Assembly (NCBI GenBank): GCA_951406725.2
Contig: OX597815.1
Coordinates: 124,372,001 to 124,436,000, forward strand
Source: Octopus vulgaris
Taxonomy: Eukaryota
DNA length: 64,000 nt
Direction: 5' to 3'
The notes under the pieces were generated by a model that was given only the letters and a program-made list of their open reading frames with translations, did no database searches and had not been told where the DNA came from. The number at the start of each line of letters is the position of its first letter. The first letter of the stretch is position 1. Below are positions 27,669 to 40,605 of the stretch, piece after piece. The position numbers and the translations under genes are program-made.

Positions 27669-29202
27669 ATATATACTCATGCATATATCTTATGGCCACA
27701 AACCGATGATAGATTTGTTTAATAACTTATTTTTCTCACACATTTATTTGTAAGGGTATTTGGAAAACGTAAGAGTAATAAAAAGGGAGATACAAAACGT
27801 GCATGATTGAGCGTGAGTATATATGTTCGGTTTGTAATTACGTGTAATAAAATTTGAATACGAAACTATAACAGTTTTCTGTTCCTGGGTTAATGTTAAC
27901 ATATTTAATTGATGGGTCATTCAGCAGTTAACTAAAAATATTTATGCAATAAGAAAACAAAACACAAACAATGCTTGGCAATGAATAATATTTTGATTTT
28001 CCCACCAATTATAGGAGGCAACATTGGACATGTTTCGGTATTATTCTGATTTCTTCAACGTGATTTCACTTTCACCGTAAATGTGGGGTTTGTGATGAAA
28101 AGACCACTTTTATATAGAGTTGTACTATTTTCGACGTAGGGAAAAAGGAAAATGATTCTATGACGCCATACTCACACAACTATATATTGGTGTTAACACA
28201 TTTAACGCAAAAGCAATTACAAGCAATACGTCTAAACATATATAAGTGTTTTAGTTAACTAATGATACTTAACTACCAATGACTTGACCTAATGTAAGTA
28301 GGAGCTATGAAAAATATAGTTCGCAGTTGTATCAACGCGATGAATTTATAAATAATTTTTTCTATAGCTTGACTTATTGACATCAAAAATAACTTTAGGC
28401 TATTTCAACGAGAAATGACTTTATTATTATCTTGGGAATCACCATAAATCTGAAAAATTTTAATAGTGTCACTAGAGCTCAGTGGGCGAATTTAGAACGT
28501 TACATGTTGTGTAGCCAAGTATCAACCATGGACGAGCAATTCCATGATCAAAGCACATCCTTCCTATCTGTTAGAGTTATCTAGAAGTAAATGTTCTAAT
28601 GTAGCTTTCCTTTTTTTACGGCAGTAGTTAATGATTTGCCTAGTATTATTAACAGGCCCAGCTACAACGTAGAGACTCCCTCATCTTCTTGGGAATACTA
28701 CTTATTAATGAAAAGTACTAGAGCAAACACACTGATACACACACGCACACATGTTTGTATGTATGTATGTATGTATGTATGTATGTATGTATGTATGTAT
28801 GTATGTATGTATGTATATCAACCACTCACTCATTTTGCACCTCCCATATTTATCACACATAACTCCTTACATGTAATTTTTATTTGTATGTAATTTAATA
28901 TGTATTTTTATATATCTTCTTTATCTTTCTGTATGTTTGGTTCTATATTTTTTATACTGTTGGAGAATCTTTATGCCTGTACACGCATGATTTATACTGA
29001 TGTGTATAAATATATATGCTTCATCTACTGTGGTTGGATGATTTCATTTATGCGTTAGGGAATCTTTTTGACTGCCTAAACTGTTTTCAGTTATTTCTAC
29101 TCTGTATTTTATCGCCTAGGCTCTCTATGAGTACTCTGTAATCAGCCCATATATTTATATATAATGTATTATAAATATATTTTAAAATATATTTATAATA
29201 TG

Positions 29203-29246
<44 letters not shown>

Positions 29247-29574
29247 GATGTTTTTTTTTACTTTCCCAGTCAAATTATATCCCAGCCACTCTACGATACT
29301 ATAACTATGCTGTAACATTATAAATTTGATTGAAAAAGGATTTACTGATAATTATTTTCCTATAATTAATTTGTATGTTTTTTTTATTACATTCACCCGA
29401 ATATACATATCTTAAAGAAAGGTGAGTGAGGGTACGCGTGTGTCTTTTCAATATGATCACGCAAATTCCTATATACTACTGAGTATAAAGGAACACATAC
29501 ATATTGATATACGATACCTTTTACACACACACGCACGCGCGCGGACATACACACACAAACTCTCTCTCTCTCAC

Positions 29575-29633
<59 letters not shown>

Positions 29634-29940
29634 CACACTCACACATTTATCTAAGAATCTATGTATAAATAACACTCCCGTAAGTAAAAAATATTCAATA
29701 GAATGAACTATGTTTTCATTAATTGTTTTAAATGCCTACATAACTGTGAGCTGACACAAACTCCCTTTTGAATGTTGATCAAGCAGGATATCCAAAGTGT
29801 TACAGCTGGAGGAAGAGAGAACTCTTCCATAGTCGGGCTGGTAATTACTATTATCGACCTAGAAAGGTTCAATAAAAAAGATTAATAATAAAATGGAGCA
29901 CAGCAGAATTAGAAATCGTAGTGTCGAGAGCTGGAAAGAA

Positions 29941-30152
29941 TATTGGTTTCATATTTTGGCACAAAGCCAGCAGCTTAGGGGGTGGGGTGAGTCGATTATA
30001 TCAACCTTAGTGCTTAACTGGTACTTAATTTATTGAGCGCGAACGATGAAATCATAGTCGACCTCGAAGGAATTTGAACTCAGAACGTAAAGATGGACGA
30101 AACGCTGCTAAGCATATTGCCCTGTGTGCTAACGATTCTGCCTGCTCGCCGC
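29941..30152 (-). mobile_element. SINE family B
   Basis: Reverse complement of the family B head, core and TTTGTGCCAAAATATGAAACC tail. Confidence 0.8.
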
Positions 30153-30299
30153 TGGAAAGAATATTGAAATCTATTCTACCTGACGCTATAACTAACAAAT
30201 CCGCTGTCTTGTGCATGCGCGCTTTTGTGTAAGTGTACATACATACATACATACATACATACATAGATACATACATACATACATACATACATACATACA

Positions 30300-30332
<33 letters not shown>

Positions 30333-31006
30333 GTGTATGTGTGTGTGTGTCTAGTGGTATATAATTACGAGTTACGAAAAAAAAATGTCTTTAGATATAT
30401 AAGCTAGGAGCAAGTAAAAGTAAGAAAGTTAACTCAGGATAAACTACAGAGAACGCAAATTAGCAATGGGAGTTACCTCCCTTGCATTTATAAGCGCATG
30501 TGTTCATTGTTTATACTTTGGTTTTCAGATTAAACTGTGTAGAAGATAAAAGTGTAGTGCGTGAGTGAATATGTGAGTGAGTAAGTGAGTGAGTGAGTGA
30601 GTGAGGGAGTGAATGAGTGAGTGCGAGTGTGTGTAGATGTAGATGAGTTAATTTGTATATTCAGGAATACATGTATAAATACATGATATACTGCTTTTTT
30701 TTCAGTCTTTTACTGACGCTATCGCGCTACAGGGCTTTTAGTCAGTTATATCGACCGTAGTACTTACTTTAATGTCAAGTACTTACCGACAATAAGGTGA
30801 CATAAACTGTTTTGTTGTTGCAACTTTTAGACAAACATGGAGCAAACACACTTTCCGTGCGTATACGCACACACGCACGCACCCACGCACGCGCACACAC
30901 ACGCACACACACACACAGTGGGAATCTATGTATGTTTGCCTTTGTCTTTTTATGTATGCGTGCAAAGAAATATGAATGTATGTATAATACACGAAACGCC
31001 ATTGTC

Positions 31007-31008
<2 letters not shown>

Positions 31009-31090
<82 letters not shown>
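31009..31090. repeat. Convergent (TTA)n(ATA)n trinucleotide repeat (self-complementary)
   Basis: Direct reading; the repeat switches strand at ~31043. Confidence 0.9.
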
Positions 31091-31092
31091 CA

Positions 31093-31790
31093 AGCCGGGC
31101 GAAATGCTTAGCGGTATTTCGTCTGCGTTACGTTGTGAGTTCAAATTCCGCCGAGGTCGACTTTGCCTTTCATCCTTTCAGGGTCGATAAATTAAGTACC
31201 AGTTACGCACTGGGGTCGATGTAATCGACTTAATACATATGTCTGTCCTTGTTTGTCCCCTCTGTGTTTAGCCCCTTGTGGGTAATAAAGAAATAGGTAT
31301 TTCGTCTGCCGTTACGTTGTGAGTTCAAATTCCGCTGAGGTTGACTTTGCCTTTCATCCTTTCGGGGTCGTTTAAATAAGCACCAGTTACACACTGGAGT
31401 CGATATAATCGACTTAATCCGTGTGTCTGTCCTTGTTTGTTCCCTCTGTGTTTAGCCCCTAGGTCGACTTTACCTTTCATCATTTCGGGGTCGATAAATT
31501 AAGTACTAGTTGAGTACTGGGTCGATGTAATCGACTATCCCCCTCTTCCAAATTTCAGGCCTTGTGTCTATAATAGAAAAGATTATTTTTATTAGCATGC
31601 TGGATCGCTAGCATACTTAGCGGTATTTCGCCCGTTGCAACGTTCAGAGTTCAAATTCCGCCGAGGTCGACACTGCTTTTCATCCCTTTCGGGGTCGATG
31701 AAGCAAGTACCAGTTGAACACTGAGGTCGATGTAATCGACTCACCTCCCCTCCAAAACTGCTACCCTTGTAGCAAAAATTTAAACCAGTA
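31093..31790 (+). mobile_element. Head-to-tail array of four SINE family B units
   Basis: The GTCGACTTTGCCTTTCATCCTTTCGGGGTCGATAAA..AAGTACCAG core recurs four times, with different tails. Confidence 0.88.
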
Positions 31791-31804
31791 TTATTATTAT
31801 TATT

Positions 31805-32328
31805 GAGTGAGAGAGCAGTGCATGCCATCAAAGTGATACTGGGGTAAAATATACGAAGCCCAGTATACCCATCATGACTACCTGTCTGATAAGGGTACAC
31901 TAGGCACATGCATTACAACCATGTGTGCGTGACATGGTGATCTCATATCAAGATAAACAGCACATGACCTTGCAGGTGGGGCCCAGTTAGAATTTTCTTC
32001 AGGTCGAGTAACCCATCCCACACGAAAGGTCCCTGAATAAGGGTTGTTTACGGATGTTGAACGAAACACCCATGTTTCCAGAGGTGAATTATTCAAACCC
32101 CAAAGAATCCCTTTCAACACACGGCTATGATGCTCCCCCACTACTTCTGCTCGTGATCAGAGATGCACATATCGTCAGCCACTAAGGGACATGCTCAACT
32201 AGTGAAAGTCAAACAACTGACAAGCAAATGTGTGGTATTGAGCAGAATATTTGCTGTAGCCCATCTTTTATACCAAGACAAAACAATGTACATGATAACA
32301 CTTCCAATCAGTTAAGATCAGAAGCCAT
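31805..32328 (-). mobile_element. Family D repeat embedded in (TAA)n, probable 3' end of a non-LTR retrotransposon
   Basis: Highly similar to 57953-58500; same left end next to (TAT)n, different right ends; strand inferred from 5' truncation. Confidence 0.75.
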
Positions 32329-32330
32329 AA

Positions 32331-32393
<63 letters not shown>

Positions 32394-32401
32394 CCTTATT
32401 A

Positions 32402-32925
32402 AGGCGGCAAGTTGGCAGAATCGTTAACACACTCAGTAAAACGTTTGGAGGCATTTCATCCGTTTTTAGGTTCTGAGTTCAAATTCCGCCGAGGTCGACT
32501 TTGCCTCTCATACTTTCGGGGTCGATTAAATAAGTACCAGTTGCTTAGTGGTTCGATGTAATCGACTCATCCCGTACCCCCCAAATTTCAGGCCTTGTGC
32601 ATGCAGTAGAAAGGGTTATTATTATTGTTATTATTAAGGCGGCGATCTGGAAGACTCGTTAGCACGTCAGACAAAATGCTTAGCGGTATTTCGTCCGTCG
32701 TTACGTTCTAAGTTCAGATTCCGCCAGATTCGACTTTGTCTTTTATCCTTTTAGGGTCAATAAAACAAGTACCAGTTGAGCACTGGGGTCGATTACATCG
32801 ACCCACCCCCTCCCTCAAAGTTCAGGTCTTGTGCCTATATTAGAAAGAGTTATTATTATTACTAAGGCAGCGAACTGGCAGAATTGTTAACATGCCGAGC
32901 AAAATGCTTAGCAGCATTTCGTTTG
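32402..32925 (+). mobile_element. Tandem SINE family B units (two near-complete + one head) joined by (ATT)n
   Basis: AAGGCGGC/AAGGCAGC heads at ~32401, 32636 and 32864, each following an (ATT)n tract. Confidence 0.85.
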
Positions 32926-33954
32926 CAAAATTCTTATCTTCCGGACTTGCAGATGAAAATGATATTAATATTTTCTTTTGACATATCTTAATATATTTTA
33001 TTGTTATAATAATTAAATGTTTTCACCTGCGTAACTGTCTAATTATCATTTCAATGTCCAACAAAATATTTAAACTGACAGCACAGGAAGATGTATATAA
33101 TACATGCGTTATTGTACCTTAAACAATATACATAGATACATGCTAACTAATATTATTTTCAGCTGTAGGTGCAGAATATAATAATTTTGCAGTTCACTCC
33201 CTTAGGGTTTATTATAACGAACAGTTTTTCTTAATATGAAACGATGACGTGTTACACATAAACATCTGATTTTTAAAAGATTCCTTTATAACCTAAATAG
33301 CGTAGACAGTCAACTGTGATAAGATTAAAAACACTGCAGCAATATCAAAGAACCAGGAGTTAGATAGTAGGTGCAAAGCTGGATGATGTATTTAAAACGA
33401 AGCGTTATATCCGGAAGCAGAATACAATATATGTGTTTTGGAAAGTATAACGTCCCAACTTAGCCAGCTTATGATTCAACAGTGTATGAAACAAAGACAT
33501 ATGGCATCGATATCAAAATAAGGTGTAAAAATAGAAGTAATATTGAGGAATATTTTTATCCTACCCTACTTTAGAAATGAGATTAATTGTTGATAACATA
33601 TAAACAGTAAAATAATTCGTGATTCTTCTGCGAGAAAAGAAACAATTGTTGAAAAAGTGTTAATATTAAGACCATATGGGGACCGACAATTATTATTGAG
33701 TCCACATGCTGAACACTATTAATAATATTGGTAGTTATAATATCAAGGCTAAGAGCTACGGAGATGTCTGTATACATACATTTAATCCCTCTTGGTTATG
33801 CGCTCAAATCCAACATTTCATTAACATTTAAGCGGGCGATGTAACAATACCAGATGAACTGATCCTGGATCATGGGCATCCGTTTCTTGAGCCAACTATA
33901 TCTAAATGAAATGATCATTATTGCTGTTATTCTCAGATATTCTTAAGTATGAGG

Positions 33955-34365
33955 AGAGGAGTGTGGTAAGAGGCTTGCTTCCCAACCACATGGCTCGATG
34001 TTCAGCCCTACTGCGTGGTACCTTGAGGACGTGTCTTTCACCATAGCCTTGGGCCGACCAAAGCCTTGTGAGCGGACTTGGTTGATGGAAACTGAAAGAA
34101 GCCCGTCGTTTATATGTGTTTCTATATCTTTGTGTGAGTGTGTGTGTTTTGGTTCTGTGTTTGTACCATTCCACCACCGCTTGACAACCAGTGCTGGTGT
34201 GTTTATGTCCCCATAACTTAGCGGTTCAGCAAAATAAACCAATAGAGTAAGTACCAGGCTTTAAAAAAATAAATACTGTGGTCGGTACATTCAACTAAAA
34301 ATATTTCAAGGCAATGACCTAGTATGGTCGCAGTCTAATGACTAAGACAAGTTAAAGATAAAAGA
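33955..34365 (+). mobile_element. SINE family A, older copy
   Basis: Aligns along its whole length with the 27242 copy. Confidence 0.85.
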
Positions 34366-36272
34366 TACTTAAAGATGTCTCCCTACGTTCTCTGTTCAAA
34401 TCTAAGTGGAATTATCTTTGTCTTTCATCCATCTGGGGTTGATAAGATACGTACCCGTCATGTATTGAAGTTGATTATACTCTCTCTTCTAAATCCCTGA
34501 CTCTCTATTAATATATTAATTCAACGAGGCAGGATGTTATTATATTGATAAAACATGTGGTTTCTATCTTAGTATCCCCATTACGTATCGGTGGGGGTTG
34601 AGAGATGCTTGATAGCTGCGATGAGGAAGTTGCATAAATAAAACTTTCCTTGGTGAGCTTTTTTCTATTTTGAAGATCCATAGGTGGCTGATCACACACT
34701 GATTGATACTTTCGATCATTAAAAGGCGAAGCTATTGTGTCTTCGCTGCGTTATGGCATTGAATAATTTAAATATATAAATTAATCTCTTTATCAAAATA
34801 TTCTGTGTCTATATGTCTAACGAATAGAGATGACGTAAAGCAGAAAATACTATTTAGTCTTGCCGAAGAAGAAAAACTAAATCTCTGGCGAACGAACAGC
34901 GAGAAACACTTTACTGTGTACTTTAAAGTAAATGACTTTCTAACGCAACTCTTGATCTGTTATTTTGGTTATTTTTGTTCAGAGATGAAAATTGCAGACT
35001 TGGGGAAAGTTGTGAGCCATGGATCTGGTATTAAGTCTAGGTATTATTGTCGTTTATTATTATTGGTTAAAGTGTATATTCCATTACTGTGTTCTTTTCT
35101 AATTAATGAAACTATCATTAATTCGCTTCGTTAATCACCTTATATTTATAGACTCAGTCAAGTCATATTTTCCTTTTAACTTCTGTGATACAGTCAGCTC
35201 GACTTCTTCAAACTTAATGAGACTGTACTGATCCTTCACTTTACTCATGTTCCCACTTCTAAACAACCACAACGTATCTTAAGTAAACTTTAAACTGACC
35301 ACTATTTCAGTACTTCCGCCGAACTCCTCCCTTCCGAAATTCTCTTCTTTGCTCACTGACTGTCACGTGAAACATTCAAACACTACCAAACTCTCGCCTC
35401 CAGAATATGTTATACATGTAAAAACTAATTGTATTAGTGCAAAATATATTCTTTTCTGACCCAGAATTTAATAAAAACCGAGAAAATTAAATAGATTAAA
35501 GATAAATTATTCAACTACAATTAAAGCAAATACAACAAGCACAAAAACAAAAAGCATAAAAAACACGACCAGCATTGGTGTAATGGGCTTGAGGTAGGAG
35601 GATATTTTTGAGATTCATCCTAAACTACTTAAGTCAAGGGTGGATTTCATAAAGATAAAATCATTACTGATATTGTAATGACGTATTTTCTTAACCAGCA
35701 CATCTAGATATATATTAGAGGGAATGTGGTGGGAAAGAAAAATGGTGTAGGGATAAATTAGTGAGTGTGCGGATGTGTGTGAGTGTGTGTGTGTTTGTGT
35801 GCGTGTGTATGTGTGTGTGCGTGTGTGTGCGTGTCCGCGTGCGCTTGCAAGACATAGCGAGGGGTGGTAAAGGAACAAAATATTAATACTGCAAATTCAA
35901 AACTCAAATATTAGATCCTGCTACGCGGTGACAAGGGAATCTTCCTTATTTGAAGTTCTCTGCTGCTATAAGATGCACCGGTGTGCGGCGTTTATCTGGG
36001 ATTATCCGCGAGAAGAATAGATATGATTCTCGAAGTATAGAGTACAGCAGGAAAGACAAAAACAATATTAATAAAGTAATTGATAACTTGATATCTTCAA
36101 TAAATACCACAATCTATTAAGCTAACATTGACGTTTCCAACTCAAATATACTTACTAAGCAAGTTATCTAACCTAAATAAACACAGCGTTCACGCCCCTT
36201 AATGAACTTAACTTCAGCATCCAGCTACACGCACACACACACACACACACTTATATATATATATATATATAT

Positions 36273-36675
36273 ACTCTTTTACTTGTTTCAGTCATTTGAC
36301 TGTGGCCATGCTGGAGCACCTTCTTTAGTCGAGCAAATCGACCCCAGGACTTATTCTTTGTAAGCCTAGTACTTATTCTATCGGTATCTTTTGCCGAACT
36401 GCTAAGTTACGGGGACGTAAACACACTAGTATCGGTTATCAAGCGATGTTGAGGGGGAGGACAAACACAGACACACAAACATATACACACACACATATAT
36501 ATACATATATACGATAGGTTTCTTTCAGTTTCCGTCTACCAAATCCACTCACAAGGCTTTGGTCGACCCGAGGCTATAGTAGAAGACACTTGCTCAAGGT
36601 GCCACACAGTGGGACTGAAACTGGACCCATGTGGTTCGTAAGCAAGCTACTTACCATACAGCCACTCCTACGCCT
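36273..36675 (-). mobile_element. SINE family A, full length, flanked by (TA)n
   Basis: Reverse complement of the family A consensus. Confidence 0.9.
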
Positions 36676-38080
36676 ATATATATATTAATGCATGTATCTG
36701 TTAATTACTTTACTTATAGTATACATTATTGAAAGAAGGAAGCGAAGACATTTCGCTTCTGTATGGAGGTTTGATTGCATACATACAACATACAAAACAA
36801 GGTTTTCAGAAGACAAGATTTTTGATATATAAGTCAAAAGGTCGAATCGAAAAACAGATGCTGCATAGTAGTCAGTGGTGTTGTTGTTTAGCTCCAAGTC
36901 GAGCCGGGTTGAACAAATATATGATCACGAACTATCCAGTTGTAATGATCCCGACTTTGTTTCTCGACATAGAGTACCTGATCAGTATAACCAGGATCCA
37001 ATGTTTTCTACTTGTTTTAAGACAGTAAGTTATGATTGGAGGGATATTTAGCTGCTATAATTAGCAAGCTGAATGATCACCTAGAAACTATCTCGTTAGC
37101 TTGAGTACTATGCAGTATTCTAGAAAGATACGGATAAACTCTACTTTTGTTTTCACTGCCAGCACTGAAAAATATTCCAGCTTGTTCAAAAATTTAACTT
37201 ACAATAGAGTAGCACTAGAACTGCATTAAAGATAACAGGATTGCTTATAGCACCAGGAGAAGGGATGTAGCTGAACCAGCACTCAATAAAATTATGTTTA
37301 AAATTTGCATTGTTTCTAGGCCTAGCTATAAGTAAATAATTTGTTTATATTGCCTGCTGTTATTAATGTTATATAAATATAATTTGAATTATAGTTCATA
37401 CTTAATATAGTTATAGGGCTTGGTCTAGTGGAATGACAGGTAGAAAACTGCATTTTTAATGTATCATACAACTTTGAACATTAATGTCCTGACACCTTGT
37501 CAGTCAAACAATGGAAGAGTCGTAGGATGCCCGTCATTAAGCTGTAGTTAAGGATATCGGTTGGCCTTAATCTGCTTCTGGATCATTTGTCACTTATTCC
37601 CAAAATACAAATTGATGATCTATAACAAAGACCGTTAATCAATATATATTACTTATAGATGTTTTCTTTTGTTTAAACCGGGAAACCAAAAGATGTAACT
37701 ATAGCCGTTGCTTGTTGTCTCAGACAGTCGATTAGGTGATGTTTAGCTTGAACGCCTGCAGGTGAATGATTGGTGGGGAAAATGGGGAGATTAAGGGAGC
37801 TCCAGCTGATTGTAGATGTGGAGATTAACTTTTTTGCAGAGGGTGTTCGACAGAGTCTTGCATGGCAAGCAAGAGAAGATAAAAAGGGGCGGGATCGTTG
37901 ATTATGTTTAGCAACAAGCAATGATGGTACATAGTTTGTGTATTAAATGTTCAATTATTTCAACATTCATGCAAAGAAAAAAAACACTTTCAAGCTTATT
38001 GCCACGTATACAGAGAATATTTATTCCTAATTTGAACAAATTTATTACAAAATAGCATATTATAACTGGTATTTTTTCTG

Positions 38081-38206
38081 TAGTTTCAGCTCAAGGCTGC
38101 GGCCATGCTGATGCACCGCCGTTCAAAGGGATTAAGTCGATTACATCGACCCCAGTGCGTAACTGGTACTTAATTTATCGACCCCGAAAAGATGAAAGAC
38201 AAAGTC
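38081..38206 (-). mobile_element. 5'-truncated SINE family B core carrying the 24-25 kb LINE's 3' tail
   Basis: Minus strand: family B core, then GCGGTGCATCAGCATGGCCGCAGCCTTGAGCTGAAACTA, 36/39 identical to 25139-25177. Confidence 0.8.
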
Positions 38207-38228
38207 ACTACACCAAAACTACGTCATA

Positions 38229-38333
<105 letters not shown>

Positions 38334-38924
38334 GTATTGTAGTTAATTATATAATGACTATTCTTGATTTATATTCAGTCTAGCGATATACATATGATTT
38401 ATCTCTATTTGTACGACTATATAGTGCAGGCATGTAAAATATATTTAATGTGAGTGAAGTACACAACTAGCATATGATTGACAGCTTATTAGATTATTTA
38501 TATGAGCATATTTATAGTAACAGGAATAATACTAACACATTTCAAGGAATATACATGTGTGTGTGTGTGTGTGTGTCTGTGTGAGCACGCGTGTGTGTGC
38601 ACGCAAGCGCGTTTGTATAATGTATTTATTTGACATAAATTATATTTCATTTGTAATACATGTTAGCCCGAAAATCCGTTAAACTCAAACAGATGTAGGA
38701 AGTACACAAACCACTGGCTAGGCAGATATTTATGGGGGCGTGATACACAGACTGAAGTAATCACAATAGATAAATTGAAAGAGATGTATGAGTTCTTTTC
38801 TCCTTAATCTTCCTGTTTTTTTTTTGTCTCATACACATACACTTGTATACATATTTATTCACTCATACATATATATGTTTACGTATATATGCGTATATGT
38901 TTCTGTTTTTATGTATATAAACAG

Positions 38925-39084
38925 AGGTGGTAGAGTGGTATGAAGCTTGCTTCCCAACCACATGGTTCCTGAATCAGTCCCACTGCAGTGCATCTTGGGC
39001 AAGTGTTTTCTACTATAGCCCTGGACCGACCAAAGCCTTGTGAGTGGATTTGGTAGACAGAAACTGGGAAAAGCTCGTCGTTTG

Positions 39085-39131
<47 letters not shown>

Positions 39132-39350
39132 GTGTGTGTGCATGCGCGCGTGCGTTTTTGTGTCTGTCCCCCAACACTGCTTGACAACCGGTGCTGGTGT
39201 GTTTACTCCCCAATATCTTAGCGGTTCGGCAAAAGAGACCTATAAAATAAGTCTTAACTAAATAAGTACTCTATTCAATTCATTTGACTAAAAATTTCCG
39301 CAAGGCGGTGCCCAAGCATGTGCGCAGTCTAATGACTGAAAGAAGTAAAG
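38925..39350 (+). mobile_element. SINE family A
   Basis: Aligns with the 27242 copy including the internal microsatellite. Confidence 0.85.
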
Positions 39351-39374
39351 GAAAATATGTGAATACGTATATGC

Positions 39375-39442
<68 letters not shown>

Positions 39443-39955
39443 TGTGTTTAAAGCTAGTTCTAAATATGTAATTTAAAGGTGTTTCATGTATTGTAAGTTT
39501 CAAAGCGGAAATACCGTCATATGCGCATATAAATGTGTATTGTATGTGTGCTAGGATGTATGCTATGGTCGAAATACATGTCAAGAAAGAAAGGAAGCAA
39601 GCGTTTTTCAATATGAAATTAAGCCTTTTATCAAATTTCCTGTAAATTTCACTAACGGAAATTTCACGTTTCTAATCCGATGTATGAAATTTGTAGTAAC
39701 GGTTGATAACATTTTTTCAGCTTTTAATGTCTGTGTGTGTGTGTTTAATTATGGACGTTCTAGTTGCGAACTTTTAGAATTGCAAACAAATATACATTTT
39801 GAAAAACTGCTACTTTTAGCCTTTAAGCGTTCGCTGCACAGAAGATGACAGAAACAACTCCAGATCATCTTATACACAAAACGCAAATTACTTTTGGCTT
39901 TCTATGACATCATTGTTCATCTTCGTTTATGTAAATAATCGACCGCCACAACTTG

Positions 39956-40153
39956 TGTCTGAAGCGAAAAAGTGGGGCCAGTGGTGTTGATGATATCAAG
40001 AAGTATCGCACCGTTATGTTGAAATTTAAGCTGGATATTATAAGACGAAGTGAAATAAGAGAAGAAATGATAAAATGATAAACATTACAGGTATACACGA
40101 TGTGAATCGCTCTACTGTTGCGAGAATTTTAAAGGAGAAAGAGTGGATTATGA
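39956..40153 (+). pseudogene. Fossil Tigger/pogo transposase N-terminus (CENP-B-type HTH)
   Basis: Manual translation LKRKSGASGVDDIKKYRTVMLKFKLDIIRRSEIREEMIK* then frameshift NITGIHDVNRSTVARILKEKEWIM, matching the Tigger pattern K.R..ITL..KL.II...E.G......IA..Y...RSTV..ILK.K. Confidence 0.7.
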
Positions 40154-40373
40154 ATGGTTCCTTACCATTTCATAGCCGATAATTGTCAACTAATGTAGAA
40201 GACGTTATAAACCTTATAAAACTGTTCTTAGCTCTTGTTTCTCAGATCTCGAAGACATATTTCACTCCCTTATCTTGATCTTTTCAGACAATATCTATAT
40301 CCTCCAGTCAATATCAGCAAACTAGGTAGTGTTACGAAAAAAAAAATGGAACTGCAATGACATATTAAATACT

Positions 40374-40605
40374 TATTTCTTCACTACCCACAAGGGGCTA
40401 AACACAGAGAGGACAAACTAGGACAGACAAACGGATTAAGTCGATTATATCGACCCCAGTGTGTAAATGGTACTCATTTAATCGACCCCGAAAGGATGAA
40501 AGGCAAAGTCGACCTCGGTGGAATTTGAACTCAGAACGTAACGGCAGACGAAATACGGCTACGCATTTCGCCGGCGTCCTAACGTTTCTGCCAGCTCGCC
40601 GCCTT
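40374..40605 (-). mobile_element. Full-length SINE family B with 17-bp TSD
   Basis: Minus-strand head GGCGGCGAGCTGGCAGAAACGTTAG, B box GAGTTCAAATTCC; ATGACATATTAAATACT at 40357-40373 and 40606-40622. Confidence 0.92.

Noticed and set aside
31093-32925. Regularly recurring motif resembling a CRISPR-like array
   Set aside because: Units are ~130-230 bp SINE copies with homologous intervening sequence in eukaryotic DNA; no cas genes.
35590-35612. TGAGGTAGGAGG resembling let-7
   Set aside because: Match stops after 12 nt and there is no complementary arm.
40520-40605. tRNA-like A/B boxes as tRNA genes (also other SINE heads)
   Set aside because: No complete cloverleaf; the boxes are followed by the SINE core and tail and flanked by TSDs.
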